Source of the DNA: Dimorphilus gyrociliatus
Lineage: Eukaryota > Animalia > Annelida
Length of the DNA stretch: 64,000 bases
Direction of reading: 5' to 3'
NCBI GenBank assembly: GCA_904063045.1
Contig: CAJFCJ010000013.1
Coordinates: forward strand, 418,623 to 482,622
How positions within the stretch are numbered: position 1 is the stretch's first letter; each line of letters opens with the position of its first letter. The position numbers and the translations under genes were made by a program. Below the pieces are notes generated by a model. It was not told where the DNA came from. It saw only the letters and a list, made by a program, of their open reading frames with translations, and searched no databases. This document shows, in pieces, positions 26,101-38,400 of the stretch.

Positions 26101-28170
26101 TATTAGCGAGTAGTTCCTATTGTCATCACACGTTCTATTATATACGCCATTTCTACTTCGGCTCTAATTAGTTTCATTCCCTTAAACGCGTACCAGCATA
26201 CCATCAAACGGGTAATATTAGTAAAGCGAAAAATATTATAGAGGCGTAGTTGAGTATTTAAGTATTGTAGTAAGATTGAAGAAGGATTTCATACGCAAAA
26301 TCAAAGCAGAGAGACATTTACGAAACGAACTGGGCGACTTAATCGGGCGTGATAAACAACCAAGCGCCTTTTGTCGGTGCTACCGTAAAATCGCTATATA
26401 ATTATTAAAAAAGAAGGCCGGTAATTTTGCGCTGCCGCTAATCTAACCTCATCCGTATTATAGGATTAAGAGTTCGTGCCTGCCACGGCGTAAATAAGCA
26501 GGTGTAACGCTATACTTATATGAACATGAAAGCGAAATTAATCACAACGAGTCGCCCTCTAAATCGATTCGAACACGTATATTCCTTACCACTTTCTTAT
26601 TGGGGAAGAATTCTTCTCGCATCCTGTAGAAATTCTTTCCAATCTGCTTAAATCCTTTAGCGAAACGTTTCTGGTTGAAAAAGTAAGAAAAACAAACATA
26701 ATTAATCATAGAATCTTTCTTTCCTCCTCCCCTTCCTACTCCTCCTCCTCCTCCTTCCTTTTTCTCTCATTTTCTCTTTCCCCTTTCACCCCTATTCACC
26801 TTTCCCTAACCTCTTATTTTTTATGATTATTTAACGTTTATAGGATGAAACGCAATTACTTTAAGTGTAATTTTAAAAAAAAATACTATAAAAGGGTAAA
26901 TTAAGGGTGAAGCTGAATAGAAAATAAGAATTGATATACAGTATACACAAGCCAAGGATTGAAGTAAAAAGAGGATGATTTAAAAAGAAAAAAAATGAGA
27001 GAGAGAGAGAGAGGAAAATGAAAGCAAGAGAAAAAAGTTTCTATGACCCGCGGCTGTGTGCGGCGCACCGTGCCCTTCTTTGTTATCGGTCCTTTCAACT
27101 ATTGAAAGGCATGGCATCGAATCAACATTTTTATTACGCACTTGATCGCCGATACGCTAATTAAATAGACAAACTTACCGATTCTTCTTCGCCCCATTTT
27201 ATCTCAACACTAGTAGGTAAAGGACGTTTAACAAGCTTTTGCAGAGCTTCTCCTTTATCGTAATCGCAACCGTGTAACTAAATTAAATAGAAAGAAAAAA
27301 ATTCTGAATGAATAGAGAGTATATAATACTACAACCAAACATAAAAAATTAAATTACAACGAGACACGCAGCGCTCGTCTTTGTTATTGTATTTTAAGAG
27401 TGATACGGTAAGTATGTATGCATACAAACACGTATACTGTATACCTTCCTATATATATATATATAGTATAGTATAGTATATGTATTATTCTGTATAGTAT
27501 ATATAGTACATGTATATAAACTGTACGCATACTGTTTATAGATAAGATATGAATGTTTTGTGTTTTTATGTACGTGTATTCCATGCCTGTATATATCATA
27601 ACCGTGTCTATATACAAATAGTGCTTTTAAATATGTTTATGTAAGAAGAAAAAGGCGGCGGTGGCGGCGGCGGCGGCGGCGGCGGCGCGACTGACTCAGA
27701 TCGATAGCAGGCGTTGATAGAGCGAACGTAAACGCGATAATGTATAGAGGGGAATATTCGATTGGGACAATTATGAATAGATAGAGCCAAGAGATATAAA
27801 TATATGTATAGCTTTAAAATACAATACAATAGTGAGGAAGACTTACAATATCAAGGGCATTGACGGTTGTACAGTCTTGAGAAGCCGCTTGGCACCTGTC
27901 TTGCTCGCTTAACGACGTTGCCGGGTCGCACATTCCAACAAGGGCGGCCATTGATCTAGCCGCTTGCAAGTAAACTAGTACATCACTATCCGATATGGCG
28001 CCTGGCGTCCATCGTATTTGTTCTCGACTAACCCAGCTGTTGTCGTCGGTCTCTTTGCTGCCATCGGAACATTCCGGTAATTTTGCTTGATACCCAGAAC
28101 CGACGCGAATCTGACCTTGTATATTAGACGCCAGCTTGCCGTCACTCGCTGTTGGATAGAGCAATTTCAT
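23185..28170 (-). CDS. RERE: Atrophin/RERE-like corepressor (ELM2 - SANT - atrophin domain)
   Basis: ELM2 (GQIRVGSGYQAKLPE...YLQAARSMAA...ALDI|LHGCDYDKGEALQKL), SANT over three exons (WGEEES|KRFAKGFKQIGKNFYRMREEFFPNKKV|GELVEYYYLWK), an RE-rich segment (ERDAREREMRERELRE) and an atrophin C-terminal motif (AERMQAERSMALNDPLARL) after a 58-bp intron (23400-23457). The start codon is uncertain. Confidence 0.88.
27654..27686 (+). repeat. (GGC)n trinucleotide tract in an Atrophin intron
   Basis: About 11 GGC units with one GGT interruption, read directly. Confidence 0.85.
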
Positions 28171-29354
28171 TAGCTTTAATAAACACAAACCAACTGCTAA
28201 AAGATTAAGGTGATTAACTGTACAAGGCGGCTTAGCGAGAGAATATACTAAATATCTTACAAACCAACCTGTAAATAGATCGTTTTGCCATTTACTGAAC
28301 GTGTGCTAATGCAAACTACCAACAGATTATTCCGCTCGTTTTACAATCATCATATCTCATTATCAAGCTACTTTAATATACATGTATTGTACAGGCACGC
28401 AATTTTCCACCCGCCCTTTATCCATTTAATCAATATTTGCATTCTTGCCTATTTCAAACTATACAGTCAATTTTACAACAAACCAACTCTGAGTGCTTGC
28501 TATTTATTCGGATCGAAGTAGTATAAAAAGTTATAAACGAGCCAATCATAGAAGGAAATTAACAATACAGTACACTATCGATCAATGCAATCTCATTCGC
28601 CACTTATCTGGCACCATTTGCACCGTGCTTACTGTTTAACATGCACTGCAAATATGCGGTATGTAAACAATCGAATTACCTTACTCTACTGCAAAAAATC
28701 GTTTATAAAAACTTTCACACGATTATGTCCTCTCTTGTTTTAATCTCTCTGTTTTTTATCTATCCATCTTTTTTTATCAATCCAGTAAATTAGCGTATTA
28801 ACATTGATTGTAATGATCACTCGATTATTCTAGTACAAATTGTACTAACGTTGCTTTAAGGTGCGACGCTGATTTATAGACCGATCGAAATCGTGCCATT
28901 TGATCTTCAAGCGGCCTACGAATATTAATTAAACACCGTTCGGCACAAAGAATCCTAACAAAACGCAGCTATTTACCTCCGATCTGTAGTCCCTATGTTT
29001 TTAATTCAAATCGCCCGTCTTCAATTTATTCCTTTTATTACAAATGCGATCAGCGAATTGTCATAAAACATCTTGTAGTAGTATAAAAATGCTAAAAAAA
29101 CACAAAAACTCACGGAGAATTTGTACATATGATGTTACCGGCACGTAACGGCCTCGATTATTCGTTTATTGCCTACCACGCAGGGCCAATCAGCGACGGC
29201 GTTACAATAAAAAACAATCATGACTATGTTATACACTAGATGTCATCTTTAACAACTTTGGACATTACTCATAAGATAATTTCAACAAAAATTTGTAAAC
29301 TAAATATAACAAGAAATAAAGTATTTTAAATGCAATTTGTCTGTTCTGTTTGTT

Positions 29355-29976
29355 TTAAAAATAAAACTCATAAATGTCCCTTTCAAAGTCAACTTCCATT
29401 ACTTTTGCTAATAAGTCTTGTGGATTTACTTTCACCTCCATATCTACATCTTCATCGTCACCTTCCCAATCTCCGAGTTCTTCATCAAATTCTCCGTTGT
29501 CAATTTTGTGCTTATTTTCCTCGAACTCTTTGTCGCTTTCAGGACTACCGGGTAGAGTCCAACCATTTCCTAAGTCATAATTGTATAAAAGAAAAAGCAC
29601 TCCTTGTACGGCTGATTGTAAGTCACAGGATGCTTTATCCCACTCGTCCAAAATACTGATGCAAACTGTTCCATCTTCATTTATGTTTGGATGGTAAATT
29701 CTATTTTTACAGACAATTGCTGGGGAATTGTCAGGATAATTTGAAGGTAATTGAAACTGAAGAATTGTAAATAATAATAACTTATATTTTCTTTGTTGGT
29801 ACACTACTTACTTCGAAAGAGTAAGTCTGTTTTGCAAACAATCCTTCAGAAGGTGTTATATTAATCGAAAAACGTGTAAAGTCGTCTTCCCAGTCTGCTA
29901 ATTCCGCTTGATTCGCGGTAAAGCTTGGTAAATTTACATATAGATCTCTCAGTTGTTTAGCTACTACTTTCATCAT
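29355..29976 (-). CDS. Divergent ubiquitin/NEDD8-conjugating enzyme E2 (Ubc12/UBE2M/F-like) with acidic tail, 188 aa, 2 exons (29976-29812, 29756-29355)
   Basis: FSINITPSEGLF...F|FQLPSNYPDNSPAIVCKNRIYHPNINEDGTVCISIL, with intact HPN and active-site Cys; 55-bp phase-0 intron. Confidence 0.8.
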
Positions 29977-30933
29977 TTTCTTAGTAGAATGTAATGATTT
30001 ATTAAAAATTATGTCTAATAAAATTCTCTCTTATAAGTGTCTTTGTCAAATCGTTTCGTGAAAATGTGAAGCTATGTTGCACAACTTTTCATTTTAAAGT
30101 TTTCAGAACTCGTTAGTGCGCATGTCTCTAGTTCTGGGTTCACATTCCAACTAACTTATTCGCCTAATCATTCAACTTCGGAACTGGTAAATCTATTGCA
30201 ATTTCAGGCTTGCCCGTACTAGACTGCTTACGTAATTCCTGACTACTAACACAAATTTATAAATAGATTGGGTAAATTTCATTTATGTAAGAAATACTTT
30301 CCTTACACTTTTTTCAATAGTGTTATCGATTGTAAGCAAATTACCAATTTTCAACAAACAAACATATTAAGATAAAATTATTTTCTTAGAAAATCGAAAA
30401 CAATTGATCGATCAAATCGATCACTTTTATCAATCTTTTATACTACTATTTTCTTTATTTGTGTTATTTGAAACAGAAATCGTACATTTTATGAAAAATA
30501 TTGATTTCTTGCAACAATGTTGCAATTTAAAAAAAAAATGTTAAGATTTTCTTTAAAGGTCTCTAATTAATCATATGTTTTTTTCAGCCATCTATTTATA
30601 CATATATATATTATTATTATTATTACTGCTATAATAATAATAATAATAATATTAATTATATATTATTATTATAATCTTTTATGTAAAAATTAGTATATAT
30701 ATATCAATATTTATATTATAGCATGAATATAGTTCAAAATCTTGATTCCTTTATTTTCATAATTAAGTAATTTTAATAAATACGTTGAAAAACAATTATT
30801 AGAAAATATAAACATATGCGGTACTACGAAAACTGGCGGTATTTCCGTTTCCTCTCAAGAGTAAACTAAACTTCCTCAGAAGGCAGATTAAGGAATTCTT
30901 TTATATAGAAAACGCCTTTGCATAAATAATAAT

Positions 30934-31529
30934 ATGGCAGATAACCAAGAAGGTGGCTTTGAGTGGGCGGTTCGAGTTGGCGACCTAACTGTCATCAGAA
31001 GCAAAATTGAAGAAGTATAAAATATCCATTTCCTCAATTATAAAAAAAAAATAAAAAAATATTTGTTTCAGACTCCAACATTAGCAAATGAAATTGGTAG
31101 AACTGGTAGACCACCACTTTGTGTCGCTGCAGATTATGGTCATTTTGACGTCATAAAGTATCTAATTGAAAGGGGAGCAAATGTCAATGTAAGCAAAAGA
31201 ATATCTATAATAAGTATCAAGCAGAGGTGTATAATTTCAATTTCAGGCTTGCGACAGTCACGGAATTACTCCCCTACTTTCTGCAATCTACGAAGGACAT
31301 AAAGAATGCGTTGAATTATTGCTCTCGAATGTAAGAATCTTGTTTCTTGGTCCTTCTCTCATTTTTAGCCCATCCCCTCTTAAGCATTCCCCCATCCTCT
31401 TTACAATCGACTATTGAAATTAATTAAATTTAACTTTTACAGGGAGCAGATAAAAGCAAAAAGGCGCCAAACGGGCAATCCTATTTAGAATGCGCTGAAG
31501 ATTCTGTTATTAAGTCTTTACTTAAGTAA
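30934..31529 (+). CDS. MTPN: Myotrophin / V-1 (small ankyrin-repeat capping-protein regulator), 4 exons
   Basis: Spliced protein [18 protein letters not shown]...|..[28 protein letters not shown]|[28 protein letters not shown]|[28 protein letters not shown] closely follows myotrophin. Confidence 0.92.
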
Positions 31530-33334
31530 ATTAAATGAATGTCAACTTCAATGTAATCTGAAGGGGTGTATGACGACTATATGTATAAACAGTACTTCAT
31601 CCGGAGAGGGTTTATAGCCTAAAAAGCCTTGTTCAAAAAGCATTTTTTTTATACTAATCTCTATTTACCAATAATAATTTGTTAAATGTTTTTCATAAAC
31701 TCCCAAAAAAAAAGAGAAAATAGCTATTTTATTTATCTTCTCACAATTTCCTCTGAGTTGAGACTAATAATTAAACATAGTACGCTTCTAATTTAAAGGC
31801 TTTTAGATATGCCTAAAAATTTGTTTAATCTCTTGAAAATGATCTTTATTGTTTTTTTTCTATAATTTGTTTAAATGCTCGGTGAAACATATAGATATTA
31901 TATTACGCCACCTATTGGACTTAAAAAAATTGCTGTGATAAAATAGAATAAAGCTTAAAATTCTGTTGTAATAGCACTTCATAATTTAATAATATCTTTG
32001 AAATGTTAATAAGAAGTTTAATAAATAATGATAGGCCCAGTAATTGGAATTGTAAATAGCTAAGGGGAAAAAAGCCTACAATACAAATAGGCCCTGAAAA
32101 AGAGACTTTATTAAGTGTATGTTTGTACGGTAGAAGATATAAATAGCTAATAAGCAAGTATTTTCTCTACGAATCTTAGTTTCTTCTCTGAAAGTGTTAT
32201 ATGTTACAAAAGATGGTTCTTTTTTTATCAACGTTTGAGAAACATTTCTAAACAATAGTAGGTCCTTATAGTCACTAATAAAAGGATAGTTCTTCATTGT
32301 TATCTATTGAAATGATGATAAATATTTCATCTCCATCCTGTTCATTCATTACTTGTTCTCGAAAAAAACTGTCACTCTACAAAAGCGTATTCCTCCTTGG
32401 TTTATCTTTCTTTCTATTTGTTCTCTTTCTCAATGTTGATGTATTATATAAAGCGTATTGGTTACCAGTAAGAAAGATAATGTAAGGTAGAGATACAATG
32501 TAATCTATAAAAACCTATCAAAAGGTGGGCGTTCACGCAAATTGTAATGGAACTATAGCATTTTCTCTCCCTTTGTTAGAAAGTTGCAAGAATAGTATTA
32601 GATCTTGTTCAAACAGATAACTACTAATAAGCATCTTCCGCTCCAAAACTACATAAAGTCACTCACTATGACTATTTTAACGTACGAAGAGCATAATAAA
32701 ATTTATACTAAGACTTTCCTAATTCTTCCATAGTTTTTACAATACTGTCCCGATAGGCCTTTTTATTTGACATATCATTTGAAAGGATAATTATGAAATG
32801 ATTAAAAATCGTACTAAATCTAAGTCGTGCGTGGTATAATATCTTGACAAACAGATTAAGGATGCATGTAAACTGAATAACAGATAACCATAATAAAATA
32901 CAAAAACATTTTATCATTTACCTAGGAAAGATGGCGGAAGCATTTGAACTTCATCTTTCTCTAGATAAGGTTTGAATAACGAATAATTTTTGTATTTGTC
33001 CCACATTATTCATTGCGAAAAGAATAATAATAAAAAAAAGTAAATTCCCTTAAACAACACAAATTAGTGATAAACCAACTAAGTTATCGCATAAAAAAAC
33101 TGGCTGGACCTTATCTCTTTTGCTAATTACTTGACGAAAGGTCATAAAATATTTTAGATATAAAACAAGGAATATGGACTAACGCGTAGTCTGCGTCAAA
33201 ATTTTTATCGCTATAGCAGAGAGGAGAGGACTGATTGGTTATTGACGAACAAAGATAATCAGTGATAAGTGATTAGATTGTAGAGAACTTACCTGTTTCG
33301 ATTCTCTTGTTATCTGACTGCCGTTGAGAGAAGA

Positions 33335-34864
33335 ATGTATCGTGCTTTTGTCCTCTTCTCATTCTTTGCCTCTTTCCTCCTTTTCCAGAGCGCCTATGCT
33401 CGTAAGTATTAATTATTAATTATGGTCATTTAATAGAAAACATCCCGCTTTCGAATCAGAGTTTTTATTAACGCTTTACTCCTTTTTACTTTTATCTAAT
33501 AAAGAAGAAGAAGCTGAAAGAGCTGAAAATCCAGCAGATTTAATTTTGGGAAAGGTAGAAGTCTATGTTGAAGAAGCCATTCTTAAACTTGGTCAAAATA
33601 CTAGATTAATTTGTATTACAAAATTCAAGAAAAAACCAGATACAGACATTACTAGTATTTGGTTAAAAAAAGCTTACGATTCGGACATTAACGAAACCGA
33701 AACTGCAAGCTTAACTCTGGGTCCAACTCTGATAAATGAGTACTATCAACCTCGCTACAGTGTTAAAATAAATGAAGACAATAAAAACAACATGTATACC
33801 CGTAATTATACGCTTTCAATAGTAAATGCTTCAGTGGCCGATTCCGGATTATTTGTGTGCCTGCACCAAATAGGTACTAAAAGATTTTCCGGTAACCATA
33901 GCGTTCTAGTGAACAAAGTAATTGGAACCTCCTGGAACACTTCTGCCTATGACCAAACAGCAAATAGGTCATTGGTTGAGGAAGGTTCTCTAGATGCTAA
34001 AGCATCAGAGACATACGACTTGGAATGTTCAGTTAGACACACTAGCAATTTGCACGTTTACAACAGAGCTGATGTATATATTTCTGGCACAAAAGAGAGT
34101 AAGAAAACCAACGTCAGCAGCCTTTTCATTAGGACCAACGCATCTAGAAGCTCAACCGATGAGAACTACATTAAAACCGCTGTAGATGGTGCAAAATTCG
34201 AAAAAGATCCATTAATCCAATTATACGATACAAGTCTTAGAAACAAAAAATTTAAGTTTAACTATACCCATAACGGTCAATACCTTCATTGCTTTGGCGC
34301 AAATGACAAATCTGGAGCCGGTAGTAAAGATGCCGTCATTAGATTGAATATTACTCATGCACCAGCATTTAAGTGTGATCACGTCCAAAAAGCTTCACTG
34401 CACGCCACCAACAATGCAATAAAATGTAAAGTCTACGCCAACCCTATGATTGCTAAGGAAATGTACTGGGAATTCTCTTACGGTGGAGATAAGTCTAAGC
34501 TTCGCCCAGGACAACACAAGGGTAAACACGACTATAGAATAACCGCCGGAATTAAGAAGAAGACCAACGAATATGTTGAATTCTCTCTTCACTTTGCAAA
34601 AATTCGACAAGAATACTTTAAAGATTATAAGTTGGTAGCAAAAAATTCTGAAGGAGAAAAGTCTGTTAAAATCCGATTGCAACAAAGTAAGAATCAATTT
34701 TTAATTTAAAAAAAAATAACAATTTCATCAACAATTCTTTTAACTCTTTCCTTTTATCTTCCAAAATAGAAACTTCACCGAGAGGAGCTGCATCCCAAAC
34801 AACGGCTCAATTTAGCATGCTTTCCATTTTATTTGTTGTAGCAAGAATATTCTCCAAAGCTTAG
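33335..34864 (+). CDS. Secreted, probably GPI-anchored immunoglobulin-superfamily protein with three Ig-like domains; exons 33335-33401, 33505-34686 and a final exon ending at 34864
   Basis: Signal-peptide exon MYRAFVLFSFFASFLLFQSAYA; Ig motifs (LIC..W..YTLSIVNASVADSGLFVC; LECSV..GQYLHC; IKCKVYANP..W..YKLVAKNSEG); C-terminal hydrophobic tail RGAASQTTAQFSMLSILFVVARIFSKA with no cytoplasmic domain. Confidence 0.78.
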
Positions 34865-36140
34865 ATGTCAAATGTTGTGTTTTTAAAAAGAAAAGTTTTT
34901 AGAACTTAGCTTGTGATTAGTGGCATGTCGAACCCGTAATATATAAAGAAAGCTTTTTTTTTTAATTTAAATAAACATTAACAAAACAAAAAAAATGGAA
35001 CTTACATATTCTGGAAAATTCTTAAAAATTGGCGCCAATCGGATATGCGAAGTTATCATTTCCATAGATAATTATGAATCAACATGCAGAGGTTAAAAAT
35101 AAAACTAATTGGTATAATATCTCTTTTATCCGTGTTATGTTAAAAATTGTAAAACAATACTTTAGTTATAAAACTAGAAAATGGAATAGAATTTACAACT
35201 ACTAATATATTCCCTTCTAGGAGTTCTTTAATTTTTCAATATAAATAACTTTGTCTTTGAAAAGAAAATAATTAAATTAATAATAATAAGAATATAATAT
35301 GAATAGTTAGTTGTTATTTATACTTAATGCTTTAGAACGATTAACAAATTAGAGGTGATACGCAAAGTTTACCTAACAATTTCTTTGTTTATCGCTCACT
35401 CAATTAATATTTATTCTATCTATAATATTTTGCTGAAAAAATTGTATTTTGATGTAAAATATGTACTTACAAAAAGAACGTGAATATATATATATATATA
35501 TATAACATAAATACATATATATTTTTTAAATAGTTTAGAATTGACGAAGTTTTTATTATTTCGTTTAAATGAGAGCAATTTTCTTTATTGATATTGTAAT
35601 AAATTCATATCTTAATAGACATAAAAATTTATTCATATTCATGTTTAAATAGTGTTCTGGATTAAGAATACAATTTTTCGCAAAAAAAAATTAGGTTCCC
35701 TTATCTTTTTGTAGTAACCTAACGAAATCTTATGAAAAGTACTATAAGAGGAGAAAAGATAAAGTCAAAGATATGAATTTTTCATATTGTCCACTCTAAT
35801 TTAATATATTACACTTTACGGTTTAAGCAAAGAAACCGTCCTTATTGTTTTTTATGAGAAGGCTATATAATGACGGCCATAAAAATATTAACAACCACTA
35901 GATGGCGTAGGCCGCTGTGGTCGATAATACAGAGTTGTGGGTTTGATACTAAAACAAGACTAGATATAAAAACTATCAGTAAAGGTTAGTCATACTTAAA
36001 AAAAATAATAAAGATTACTAGCAGACTTTTATTTAGACAATTAATTAATAGAGGTAATTTTAAAAACTAAACTTTTTGTTTAAGTAATTTGAAACGGCTA
36101 CAACCATTATTCTTTACGAACGAAAGAAAAACCTGCAAAA

Positions 36141-37419
36141 ATGTTTAAATATCATTGTCGAAACTTTGTAAAAATAAGCATGAATAAATGGTATAAGCAA
36201 ATTTTTCAGATGGATTTCGGACCGATTGAATGGCGCCCTAAATTTGCAACTAAACAGGGTGAAAATGCTCTCTGTGCACCAACGCCCTTCCTAGCTATTA
36301 AAGAGGAAGAAATGATGAAAAATATGAATAAAATGATGGAGTTGATGAAGCAATGGCCAAATGTTGATTTGAGACCCCATTTTAAAGCCCATAAATCGGT
36401 TGATATTGCAAAACAACAGATAAAGTTGGGAGCTGTTGGCATTTGTTGTCAGACACTTACTGAGGCTGAATCAGCTGTTTATGGTGGCTCAATAGAAGAT
36501 GTTTTCATATCGAATGAAGTTATTGGTGTAGGAAAAGTGAAAAGGGTTGTTCAATTAGCCCTGAAATCCAAAATATCCATTTGCGTTGATAATGAAGAAA
36601 ACATAAAAGATTTGAGTCAACTCGCTAAGGAATCTAATGCTAACTTAGATCTTGTGATTGAGGTTAATGTCGGTCAGGATCGATGTGGTATTAAACCTGG
36701 TGCCGATGTTGTACCTTTAGCTAAACTTGTAGAATCTTTACCGAACGTACACTTTAAGGGAATTCAAGCTTACCATGGCTGGAATCAGCATGTTAGATCA
36801 GCAGCTGAAAGGAAAGAACGGACCAACACTGTTGCCGGACTAGCACAAAAAACGGTTGAGTGTCTGCAGTCGGCCAACATTAAATGTCCCTATATTACGG
36901 GTGGTGGTACGGGAACTTTCCCCTACGAAGCTGGAACCGGTCTTTTCACAGAAATTCAACCAGGTTCCTACGTCTTTATGGACGCTGACTACAATAGGAA
37001 TCTGAATGAAAAGGAGACTTTCTATAGTGGCTTCGTTCAAAGTCTTTTTATATATACAACAGTTCAAAGTATAACTGGTGATGAGAGAGCTGTTGTTGAT
37101 AGCGGTATGAAAGCTGCTAGCTTAGATTCTGGACCTCCCTTGGTAAATTTTGAGTCATGCTGAATTAATCAATTCAATAATACTGCAATTAACTTCTCAA
37201 CAGGTGGCGGGAAAAGAGGATTCAGTCATCTATCATTCTGGCGGGGATGAACACGGAATATTAAGACCGAACGATGGCTTTAAAGTTGGACAAGTTATTC
37301 AATTAATACCTGGGCATTGTGATCCAACTGTCAACCTTCACGATGTTTACTATCTGATAGATGGTAATGAGAAGGTTAAAGCAATCTTACCAGTAAATGC
37401 CAGAGATGCTGGCGTCTGA
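36141..37419 (+). CDS. Fold-type III PLP enzyme, D-threonine aldolase / D-serine dehydratase (DSD1) family; exons 36141-37142 and 37204-37419
   Basis: LRPHFKAHKS (PLP lysine), GICCQTLTEAE, GQDRCG, FKGIQAYHG, TGGGTGTF, EIQPGSYVFMDADY, DEHG and PGHCDPTVNLHD; one 61-bp phase-0 intron. Confidence 0.88.
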
Positions 37420-38400
37420 AATGCTTGACATAGAAGTAACAAACAATTTGAATAATTTTGATTAATTCAAAATACAAAAAGATTAACAATAATAATAATG
37501 TAACTTCGTAAAGGATATTTGCATGACGTAGATTTATTTACAGCTAATAAGCCTATAAAGAATGAGATTAAATATTACTGTTTGTTATTTGGTAATATTA
37601 AATGATATCTTGAAACTTATAGCCAAATGTAATATTACTCAGAGTGTATTTATACAAGAAGTCATTTCAAACTTTCCCCTCCCACATAGGTGATTACTAT
37701 TGCACCTGACATTTATTTATTTCCAGATAATTCCAATTATATATTATTATTATAATAGGATATGCATTGTACAGCTTAAAAATCTTTAACAGAATTTACA
37801 GTTTATATCTACTGATCCTGATTCTTCCTTAATAGCTTATTAGTCTTACTAACTGTAGTATACAAAGAGTCTTAACAAGATGTCACTTTGTAACGGGCTG
37901 CAATTATAAAATATTTTATTGATTGAAAACTTAGATATTGTTCTGCACCATCTTGTTTAACAACGAACAAATGATTTAGTATTTGGGGTTAATAACCACT
38001 TGGTGAATTAAATTTGCAGTTATAATTTTGAATATTCTTCAACGAAAAATACGTTATAATCAAACATGTATTTCGATTAGCTATTAATGATAATTTCTTC
38101 TCTTTCAATAAAGGATAGATGAAAATCTATGGTGGTATGCTCAAGTTCTCTTTTATAGAGTATAGTGATTTTGCGTGTTTTTCAGCGATGGGATACTAGT
38201 ATTAAAGCTTTTTTTGGTATATTTTATCGTTTTCGACTTCCAGATAATCTTTTTGTATTAAAATGTACTTGTAAAACTTCGAACAACCTTATTGCCGCCG
38301 GAAATTATTCACCGGAAATGCTTAATATTAGTGTCGCACTTCCTGTTTAGCAGACAGCATTTTAACTATTGCAGTCGATATAATTCGCTCTGTTTTAGAG

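Noticed and set aside
27608-27829. Poly-Pro ORF in the Atrophin intron
   Set aside because: An artefact of the (GGC)n tract.
31990-32930. Short ORFs on both strands and a YY1/Kozak-like AAGATGGCGG at ~32928
   Set aside because: No consistent spliced reading frame could be built on either strand; it may be UTR or promoter sequence of the adjacent genes.
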